In this document: positions 53,878 to 64,000 of the stretch, one piece after another
Position numbering within the stretch: the first letter of the stretch is position 1
How the letters are laid out: every line of letters begins with the position of its first letter
NCBI GenBank assembly: GCA_951406725.2
Contig: OX597825.1
Coordinates: 89,094,001-89,158,000 of the forward strand
DNA length: 64,000 nt
Origin: Octopus vulgaris
Taxonomy: Eukaryota
Direction: 5' to 3'
The notes under the pieces: generated by a model
What the model was told of the DNA's origin: nothing
Seen by the model: the letters and a program-made list of their open reading frames with translations, nothing else
Databases searched by the model: none
Made by a program: the position numbers and the translations under genes

Positions 53878-55138
53878 CTATGGCCAGCCAAACAGCAAAC
53901 CGTAACCAAGCAGATTGTGGTAAGGACGTTATTAGATAAGCATTGAGTGTGAAAGATGCGAGGGGAACTACAGGAACATAGGGAGTTGTTGCAAGCAGAT
54001 TGATTTTATTCTTTGGTTGCCGTGCGATTACCACAAGGCACGTTATCATGGTGAAGAGAGATGCAGCCAATATGATGATTGCCCACCAACTTTGAGCGTA
54101 GACATAGTGACGTCCATGAATTGTCAACACACATAGAACTACAGATGATATTATGTAGACAATCAATGAAATACTGAATTTACGCCAAGACCTTTCGCTC
54201 GGTTCACAACAGTCATTGGAAAATTGAAATAAGCTTCCGAAGCTGCTTCCGCTTACGATACTCGATATCCGTTGGTACGTGGTGCTGTGGTTACTTCCAC
54301 TGACGGATATCATGGGAGATGTGTCTTGTAATTCAGTGCAGATAACCGATTTGGATTTTTGTGTTGCAAATGTCTCTTTAGCTTCTACATTCTGTTGATG
54401 AACATTGTTAATATATGAATTAGAATCTCCTTGTTTTGTAAATGAATCAATGCTTGAATAAAAATGTGGATCATGTCTATTTAGACGATAGTTTTTGTAA
54501 GTTCTATATCCAGTGTTATTAATAAAATCTGTAGATGCCATGCGCAATGTTCTGATGTCACTTATATCTTCATATTCTTTATACAGTCCAACAATTTCAG
54601 AATCGTACCGAAGGCAAAGGACAGAGATGCTAACCACGGTGTAGGCAGCCAGTGTTCCAATAGCCATCGTGTCGATTAAAGTTTCAAGCTTGAAAACCAT
54701 TGCAATTGTTCCTGAGGTTAGACCCCCCATGAAAACTGCAATGGCTGGTGATCTAGTTAGTTTAGTTACAAATGATAAACATTTGAATAATATATGGTCA
54801 TCTGCCATAGAATATATTATCCGTGATATTGAATAAAGGCATCCGAACAAAGCAGCAGACAGGCCTAACATACCACCGATTCCTATAACGTAGTTCGAAC
54901 CAAATATCTGCCGGGCTTCGTAAGCCTTTGGTAAAGCAGCGCGATCTTGTAGCTGATACCAAGGGTAGGCAAGAGTGATAGCCATGGCTACACCGAAATA
55001 TAATACGAAGCAAATGATGAGTGTTGTCACAATACTGACTGGCACCACTCTGCTGGGATCTTTGCATTCTTCACTGGTAGTTGCTACAGCATCAAATCCA
55101 AGAAATGCGACGAATAAAGTCGCTGCACCAGCTAGAAT
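53878..55138 (-). CDS. Cationic amino-acid transporter (SLC7A1-4/SLC7A14-like, APC superfamily), large internal exon
   Basis: Acceptor TTTATTCTTTACAG|ATT (phase 0), donor G|GTAAG, 1261 bp open. ILAGAATLFVAFLGFDAVATTSEECKDPSRVVPVSI, SRIIYSMADD, MAIGTLAAYTVV, ARQP...PYVPVVP...LNAYLI...WLRFAVWLAIG are hallmark CAT motifs. Confidence 0.95.
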
Positions 55139-57636
55139 CTGTAAAGAATAAAAAATAAGTGAATTTCATTAAAAATAGAAATGAGAGCTGGAAAAGCAAA
55201 CAGGTTTATTGAATTTAAACTCAGTTCTTTTTAAAGGAGCCGAAAATGCATCGAAATACAACGTTCAAAGTGAAATATTTTGTGTTTATATAATAAACTT
55301 CTTTGTGAGAAGTGAGACAATTAGCATTTGATTGTTGAGGGCCAGCAAAGGTGTGCTTCTCAGTCACTGAACTTGCTATAAATAGCAGCCAAGTTCCCAC
55401 AAGCTAACAGTCTATATCCTTTAAAAGTGAACTGATGCATTATCTTATAGATCTGAAAAGACGGGTTGGTCACATCTAGAATACATTTGGTAATGCTTCA
55501 TCTAAACCGGAAATGACGTGCTATTGACTGAAAATAGCGGCCAATCACCCATGCATTACTTACTCCCGTCTATAATAAAGATGGATGCATTACACAACGT
55601 AGACCTCAAAACAAAACAAAAAAACTTGGAATTGTCACAACAAGAAATCTTTTATGGAAGCTCTATAGGATCAACCAAGGGAAGGAATAACGGCTGCAAC
55701 ATCAACTCCAGCTCACGTAAAATCAAGGAGATGGAGACGGTGCGTTGATGCTAATCTTCGTCTCAAAATTCGCCGTTTCGGATGATTTTTAGGTGAAGCA
55801 TTATGGTTAGATTTAGGAATCAGCTGCTGAACGCCTGCATTTCCTTTTGACAGTACAGAGAGAATAATATATGACTACTTTGCTTCCATGTTATTCCTGT
55901 CAAAACGTGCCAGCCATTTGGCTTATGTTGTAGAAAACAAATCAAGATGTCTTTCTGGCGACGTTCCCTTTGAAGGAGAATCGGTGAATCGCTTTTCTTG
56001 TCTCTGGAGTTGAAAAGTGCGAACGAAATGTTTGAGGCTATATTTTCTCGTTTTAAACTGAAAGCAAGGCACTGGCTGTCGTATAGTCGTGACGTTAGCA
56101 TCGGCAGATAAAGATATATTTAATATATTTATAGAATATTTGGGGGTGGGGGGTGTTAGAAAGTTTATCGTGGTTACAATGCAGAAACCAGTGTACTCTC
56201 CTCAATGGGATGAATACCTTTTTTCTAGAATTGCAGAACATTGCTCTGATACTAATTTTGGAAGAAGGAAAGCTATTTCATAGCAGGGGAGAAATGATAC
56301 TTAGAACACTAGTTCTATGACGAAATATCAAGAGAAGTCTCAAGTGAGTTAAGGAAACACTTGCAACATTAAGTATATCAACTAACGATAACATCAATAT
56401 AAAAATCACATGAATATTTGTTTCGGGGACAAATGTTACAAGGAACAATGGAATGAAATAGCATTTAGGGCACGTCAGCAAGTAAATGAACATGCATAAA
56501 AGCGGACATGAATATTTAACTGCGGTGGAGTTCCATCAATTAAATAAGTCGCAAAGCGAAATGTTAAGCAAGAAGTGATGTTACCCATTACAAGGCATCA
56601 ACATTGCGAAAGTTAAAAAAGCGATAAAAGAAGCAAATCTGCACATAATGTCTGAAAAACCTGAAATCTATTTATCAACCTCATATTCACTAAACATAAA
56701 TCATTTCCCGGTGCAAAGCCTGCGTGTGCCAGGGCCAGAAATAGTTATACTTTCTTTTTTTCTGATGATGTTTTTCTTTTCTGTCTAAGTACAGCAAATT
56801 TTAGATAATCAAACAAACTTTTTGTTTTTTTCTCATTGAGTGTAAATCACGCTGGACGCTTAATATATAAGTTATTCTTTATTTAATAGAATATTTACCA
56901 GATGTTATACATATTTTAGAAATCTTTATTCAAGTTTGGGTTGGTTTTATCGTTGAAATGTAGCATATGTTAGGCATTTATGCATTATATGATTTAGAAT
57001 TATATCAAGATAAATGCTATTACAAAACTCTTCAATCCGGAAACAATGTTTAGACTTGTCATCGGCAATTTAACAGCGCAACAAATTGCGATAAAACATT
57101 CAATTATCAAATCCATTGCATACTAGTTTCAAGACTGACAATTATTTTAACAAATCTGTCAGTAACAGACATACAAAATAAAAGTTTTCAAATTTTGAGA
57201 TTTTGTTTTTCATCTTCGTTTGAGTTATATTATAATATGGCGGTTTGTCACTGTGTTTCTAGGATACTACCTGACATTATTTTCTGAAATACTCAGGAAT
57301 GCAAGATGTTTTCCAATGTTTATATTCCACTTAATGTTTTATTTCACATATGGCAACAGAACCAAATGCTTGCTAATTTGACGCATGGAGGTGCAAGAGT
57401 TTTGCAGGAACTGTAAATGGGAAGGTAAAATGTTAAGAGAGCAAACACGGACAATATAGGACGTTGTGTGCTGGCATATCACGAAAATCCACTTGGCTCG
57501 TCAGCACTTCATTTAGTGAATGATAAAATATAAACACAATTTCATATTTCACATTCCCCAAGACCGAGAGCTCTATTTAGAAATGACAGACCCCAAAACA
57601 TAACAATAATGCATATTTGAAACTATATGGCAAGCG

Positions 57637-57679
<43 letters not shown>

Positions 57680-57680
<1 letters not shown>

Positions 57681-57802
57681 CTTCTTCCCGCCACTGATTG
57701 GAGCAACATGAAATAAATTGCCTTGCTGAAGAATACAACACAGCCCGGTCCGGGAATCGAACTCACTATCTCATTATTGTGAAACGGACTCTAACAACGG
57801 AG

Positions 57803-57803
<1 letters not shown>
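57680..57803 (-). mobile_element. tRNA-headed SINE 5' fragment between TA tracts
   Basis: Minus GAGTTCGATTCCCGGACCGGGCTGTGTTGT...AGCAAGGCAATTTATTTCA; similar to 62232-62390. Confidence 0.55.
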
Positions 57804-57861
<58 letters not shown>

Positions 57862-58089
57862 CAGTAATGCAATACAAAGTATTGCCTTCCAGTAAAAAGT
57901 AGCCCATTTTCCGGGTGTTTCATCTTTCAGATGTTCTCCCTGGAGGTAGGACGGTTTTTTTCTCTATTTTGTTGCACACACGCATTTTTGCTAATACATA
58001 CGCGGTGAAGCTACACATTAGCGTCGTATTTTTACGTTCGCTATTTCCAGTAAATATCGGTACTTAGTTGTGCCATTTATTTACTAATT

Positions 58090-58129
<40 letters not shown>

Positions 58130-58692
58130 TATCTGTGCATTTATTTGTATGCAGGTCTCTATATGTTTATATATGTGTGTGTGCGTGTATATATATATAT
58201 GCTAATTATATACATATTTATATTCTGTTTATGAATGTGTGTATGTGTGTACGTATCTGTGTGCAGTGTGTGTGGTTTTGTATCTGCGTACTATTTTTCG
58301 AGCTTGTGTAAATATAGATTCACTTGAAGACAAAATTGCCTTTTGGACATTCTTTACATACATCAGTAATACCGTTCTCACTGGTAATGCTATCCCTGCA
58401 TATTTAAAAAAAAAAGTAATTGTTTTTTTCTCCCAAATAAATTGCACTTCTTATTTGAAGATTCGTTAAAACTATAGGATGTCATTCATGCACTCAAATA
58501 AGAGCCGACAGCATCTTTTAGCTGAAACAGCTGTCAACTAATGAAGTTCATTACATAACTATTTCTTTTGTCATGTGATATCATTTTCTTCTTACCGTTC
58601 TGTCCTCCTCAAACACTTTGTTCGGAAACATACGTATACTGAGTACTACAAGTTATGTGCCTCGCAATGCCTAAGCTATATATTAAGACTTC

Positions 58693-59260
<568 letters not shown>

Positions 59261-59859
59261 CGTCCAATGTTACATTTTGCATCATTTGCAAACATTGTGG
59301 TAACCTTTATATTGGGAAAACAGGCCAATGCCTTGCTGGACGCTTTCAAGATGACATTGGAAACATGTATGCCGGGGCGACCTGCCTCCACCCAATTCAA
59401 GACGGTAGGTTATTGCATTACTCACCTGTGTACACTACCTCCTGTTACCAAGGATCCAACGAAATGGAATGGATAACGTTACATATTTGAAACTGGCACC
59501 ACCATGTCACCGACATTTTCCTTCCTGCTGCTACACCCACTCTTAGATCATGAAACTCCTTTTTAGCCTCAAACTCTCTTCTCACCGAATTTTTCTCTTC
59601 ACCTCGCTTTCGTTTTTGTTAAAATTTCCTCTTCCTCAATTTCTGTTCCCTTCTATTCATCTCACTCAGTATCTGTCTTCTACTACTTCTTTACCGTGTA
59701 TGAAGGTGCCACGATCCTGCGTTCCTCATCAGTTGCAGCAGTTTTTTTTAAGGGGATTTGAAATCTACTGATTCTTTTAACAATTTTAAATTTTCCATGA
59801 AGAGCGACTCTGTCAGCAATAATATTTTTCTCGATTTTATTATCTACCAGCTTAAAAAG

Positions 59860-60474
59860 CTAGCTGCTGCGGAGGAGGGCTAACTGGGCCTGCGGCACAT
59901 AACTAAAGAGAGAAATAAGTATAAAGCGTTTATTGGTACACTACCATATCGGATTTATATCACAGTGTATCACATTTGGAGAATTTCGTATCACTGTGAC
60001 ATTCGGAAATGACTATAAAACATTAGGATAAAAAAATATTCTTAGTTTTACCATTTGGCGTGAGTATGAAGAGATTGTTGTCATTTCCAACTCTGAAGCA
60101 ACCAAGATAGAGCTGGCCATAGAAAAAGCACCGCTGCATGAGGTGAAGTGCAACAATTTTGAGTGATTGTCCTTGACTCTTGTTAATTGACATTGCAACA
60201 TTAACTCTTACTGGAAATTGAAGTCACTTGAATTTATAGGGCATGTCTGCTGGAATCAGTGGAATTCTTGGACCAAACACATTTTCATTCTTTCCTTGTC
60301 CAGTGAAGATTGTTGCTTCCAAATATGTGGATGCATTTCCCTGACAATCAGTCGTGTTCCATTGCACAGCTTTGAGAGATCTAAATTTCTCAAAAGCATG
60401 ATTGGAACTCCTTTCTTCGATCTCAGTTTGTGAGAAGGCATTCCAGGAGGATTGAAAGAGTTGAGAAACTCAGT
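59860..60474 (-). mobile_element. Helitron 3' fragment (PIF1-family helicase C-terminus)
   Basis: EFLNSFNPPGMPSHKL...GVPIMLLRNLD...LCNGTRLIV...PRIPL...LQFPV...AMSINKSQGQSL...GQLY...TKNIFYPNVL*. The lower boundary is uncertain. Confidence 0.9.
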
Positions 60475-60506
60475 AGTTATTCTTATATATATTATATGTG
60501 TTATAT

Positions 60507-60922
60507 AGTTCTATATTCAAGAGATGAGGAATTATGTACATTGTTTACATTATTTACATTTGACAGATATTTGTCTTTATCTTTTTTGTTGTTAACACAA
60601 TGTTTCAGTTGATATACGCCCCAGCCTTCGTGTGTCTTGGGGAAATTTGGAACATGGGTTCTCATTCCTAAGGTATTTTAACCATTACACCACATACCAC
60701 GGGAATATGGTGTAGTGGTTAAGAGCGCGGGTTACTAACTACAAGCTTTCGAGTTCGATTCCAAGCAGTGACCTGAATAATAACAATAATAATAATATCG
60801 AAAAATACCTTAGGAATTTGAAGCCAGTTTTGAAATTTCTCAAGACACTTGATGAAGGCTGGAAGGTATATCAGCTAAAACGTGTTGACAACAAAGATGA
60901 GAACAAATATCCGTCAAATGTA

Positions 60923-60928
<6 letters not shown>
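60507..60928 (+). mobile_element. tRNA-headed element with a hammerhead-like 3' region, preceded by an inverted copy of that region
   Basis: 60549-60679 is the reverse complement of 60802-60928. A-box TGGTGTAGTGG at 60708-60718, B-box GAGTTCGATTCC at 60751-60762, TTGATGA-A-GGCTG...CAGCT-AAAACG at 60849-60882. Confidence 0.7.
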
Positions 60929-60966
<38 letters not shown>

Positions 60967-60969
<3 letters not shown>

Positions 60970-61165
60970 ATCTGTTTGTCCCCTACCACCGCTTGATAAC
61001 TTGTGTTGGTCTGTTTACGTTCACGTTAGTTAGCAGTTCGGAAAAAGAGACCAGTAGATAAGTACCAGACATAAAAAAACAGAACTGGTGTCGATTTGCT
61101 CGATTAGTAATCTTGAAGGCGATGCCCCAGCATGGGCGTAACCTAATGACTGAAAAAAATAAAAG
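60967..61165 (+). mobile_element. SINE family B 3' half
   Basis: TGTTTGTCCCC...GCTTGA.AAC...TTAGCAGTTCGG.AAAAGAGACC...GTCGATTTGCTCGA...CCAGCATGG aligns with 33648-33835. Confidence 0.75.
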
Positions 61166-62231
61166 AACCACGAAATTCCTAACTAAAACTTTGAGCTAAG
61201 GGAGGTAAATCTTGCGCACTTATCTCACGAATACTATAGCGCGCAGACCTCTCGAGGCCGCTGTACCTGCTAGAAATAACAATCCAAATGCTTTTAAATC
61301 AGATATCAGCGTTGGATGTTGAAGAACAAAACGAAGGGCAAATTTTCAATCCTGAATCAGTCTCATTTTCAAATAAGATATATATCTATGTAGAGCAAAT
61401 GTAGACTGAGATGCAGGAACCTCAGACGAACGGACAGAATTTCGCTTTTATCACACACACACACACACACATATATATAATGTGTGTGTGCGCGCGCGCG
61501 TGCGTCGGTGCGCCTATGTATGCATAGACACACATATCTATACAATATATGGAAGTGTATATAATGTGGTTGAGTGTGAGTCTGTGTGTTGTCGTGCCAA
61601 TCAGATGTGCGTATTGGTATGAAAACCACAAAGTGTACGTGGAATCCGATATTGAAAGAAGTATTTCAATATGGAGCTGACAATTTGTTGTAAGATAAAC
61701 ACGGAAGCCATATTGTCAAAAGCAGAAGAAAATGCGGGGATTAACACAGACGCGTCATTATGTTAATAGAAATGAAATGCTTCTAGTATTTGCTCTGTTC
61801 GAGTATTACTTATCAGTAAATATAAATAGCAGCTACACTTTTAACTTGGCGATAAATTTCTACAAGATTTCTATGAGTTGCTGTATTTAGACGAGGCCTG
61901 TAAGAAAACGAAACCTACAGAGACTGTAGATTATTGAATGCTATACAGGAACCAAGATTGTCTGTGTTCAGTTATTCCTGCACTTTAGAGAGTTCCAGAG
62001 ATGGGTGTTTCTTCACATATAGTTTTACTTTTAAATTACCAGACACTTTAATTAAACTCACGTATGATAGAGGTATTTCATTTTTCAGACATGTAACGAC
62101 ACAGGTGCTTTTTTGCGTACCCCCTTTCGCGTATCTTTGCAATTTCTCCTCTGGACGTTCTCTTCTTCCCCTGATTTTTCCAATCATAAATTTTCTCCGA
62201 GCGTCAATCTGATACATTCACTGTGTAATTC

Positions 62232-62385
62232 GTGGTTTCAATTCCTATACCGGGTGAGGCGTTGCCTTCTTGAGCAAAACACTTCATCCCACGATTCGTC
62301 GCGATACCTTCGACACCGTGCACCTGTTCGGTAAACGTCGATTTGAGGGACAGAGTGAGCCTATGTGCGGCACAAACATTTAATC

Positions 62386-62390
<5 letters not shown>
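62232..62390 (+). mobile_element. Degenerate tRNA-headed SINE fragment
   Basis: GTTTCAATTCCTATACCGGG...TTCTTGAGCAAAACACTTCAT parallels the 57680-57803 head. Confidence 0.45.
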
Positions 62391-62417
<27 letters not shown>

Positions 62418-62508
62418 AAGGTTCAAGGTGCAGGAAGTTGTTCAGAAGTTCTGCTAGCTAGGAAGCATATGTAGCCTTGGTTTTATCAGCTCCATTCCCT
62501 AATTTTGG

Positions 62509-62539
<31 letters not shown>

Positions 62540-62558
<19 letters not shown>

Positions 62559-62790
62559 AATGTCTGTCTGTCTGTGTGTTTCCCTAAAACGTGAGAACTA
62601 CACAACCAATTTCATTCAAATTTTACACATACCTTACTTAGGGTCCATGTAGTTTCATGGGCAAAAGAAATGTTCAACTTCTTGCCTAGAGCGAGCCCAT
62701 AGCAATATCATATCTTCTACACTATTTCAGTATTACGTGTTAAAAGTGAAACAAAAATATTTCTCAGATGGTTTCACTTTAACAATAAAA
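62540..62790 (+). mobile_element. Probable non-autonomous Helitron 5' region
   Basis: TATATATAAA.CTGAGAATGTCTGTCTGTCTG...AACCAATTTCATTCAAATTTT resembles invertebrate Helitron 5' ends with (GTCT)n; the TC start is obscured by (TA)n. Confidence 0.4.
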
Positions 62791-63229
62791 ATAATAATAA
62801 CAATTGAATTATATGTAGTAAGTGATAATTAAAATCAAACTAAAGTATGATATAATCGTAACATACAAAAGTAAAAAAGCAATTGGTATAAAATTGCATC
62901 AATGATTTGAACTTGAATAAATGGTTTCACATGAATGGGAATGAATTAAAAATAAAATTAGCGTGCAGAAATGGAATAATCCAGATGGATAATAAAAAAC
63001 TAAATCAAAGAAAAGACTATTGTCTATAAAGTATGCAATGTAGAGAAAAAAGAAGAACTAACAATTCCAGTCTGTTAATTGTCCGGGTGTTGTTAGTTGT
63101 GATAAGACGGTGAATTTCTTTCTCTCTCTCTCTCTGTGAGAGAGAGAGAGAGAGAGAGAAGAAAGAAAGAATGAATTGATATGATTTCGCGCGAGGCGTT
63201 TGCCTCCACGTGTTGAAACCTTTTGAAGA

Positions 63230-64000
63230 AGGTGAATTGACACTCTAGTCAAAAAAGCGATTCGTCGCTAATTGTAAGGGAGGTGTTCTTTGAGGAGAAA
63301 CTCAAAGAATATGAAAAGCTTTTCAAAAGGGAGGGTGATAGCGTGAAGCTAATCCCCCCTCCCGCGAAAACAAAAGAGGATAAAGAAAGCAAGACGGTGG
63401 CATATAGAACCCAAGACAGGAGTACAAGGAAACTGGCAAGAATAGAGATAGACGAAATTGAGAAATGTCTGGGAGACATAATGGGAAAAATAACTTATGT
63501 GAGTGAGGTAAGAAATTTGGTACGGTGGAGGTGAGATGTGCAACGGAGGAAATTGCAGCCTCACTGGCTACCACCGTACTAAGAGCCGAAAAATTCACAA
63601 TGTGGCCCTCATACAAGGGAAGAAGAGGGGTTCGAGTTAAAATCCCGAACATACCCCCAGAAGTTAAAACAGAATGGCTGGCAAAAGCCATTCTAGGAGC
63701 AGCAGAAGAGGAAGTGGAGGTGGAATCGAAAGGGGTCAAACGTGGTGAACTGGAAAGGATATGGGGTGGAATTGTGGATGTTGGCCACAACAGAAGACAT
63801 TGAAAGGCTTCCCTACAGAATAGAGGTGGAAGACGAAAAGACCCTCAGCGTAATCGTAGAGGGGAGAAAACCCAATTGTTACTTGTGTGGGACAAAGGGG
63901 CACATTAAAAAGGAGTGCCCGTTATATGAATTCGTAGCAGAGTGTGAGCAGGAAAAGGAACTTGAAGAAAAGAATAATACATTAAATGAGAAAGAAAGCA
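63230..64000 (+). mobile_element. Tx1/L1-like LINE ORF1 (gag-like), frameshifted, continues beyond the window
   Basis: KTVAYRTQ...EKCLG...GTVEVRC is homologous to 8088-8270; RVKIPNIPPEV; LSVIVEGRKPNCYLCGTKGHIKKECP (CCHC knuckle, ~63844-63921). Confidence 0.85.

Noticed and set aside
59860-59900. CTAG as the exact Helitron 3' terminus
   Set aside because: Followed by C rather than T on the minus strand, and the subterminal hairpin is poor; boundary left uncertain.
60701-60773. Functional tRNA gene
   Set aside because: A/B boxes are present, but the acceptor and anticodon stems pair poorly and there is no T-run terminator; treated as a SINE-type head.

Overview
AT-rich, microsatellite-dense eukaryotic (metazoan) genomic DNA. 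The SINE families and microsatellite profile resemble octopus/cephalopod DNA (inference, not verified). The only host gene I can support is a minus-strand cationic amino-acid transporter (SLC7/CAT family). It has a 1261-bp internal exon (53878-55138) spliced across a ~11.9-kb intron to a terminal coding exon (41818-41945) that the ORF track misses; its 5' exons are not found in the window. The rest is decayed mobile DNA: Tx1/L1-like LINEs, R4/Dong-type RLE retrotransposons, RTE LINEs, mariner relics, Helitron pieces, several tRNA-headed SINE families and Penelope-like (PLE) relics. The most notable pattern is a recurring divergent inverted-repeat architecture next to (TA)n tracts, often with degenerate minimal hammerhead-ribozyme motifs. 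One case (60507-60928) encloses a tRNA-like Pol III head, making it a candidate PLE-mobilised, ribozyme-bearing SINE/retrozyme. A second pattern is (ATT)n-anchored clusters of Dong, Tx1 and SINE copies, where the Tx1 LINEs and SINEs share a short 3' motif. All alignments and identities were judged by eye; most ORFs in the supplied track are microsatellite artefacts.
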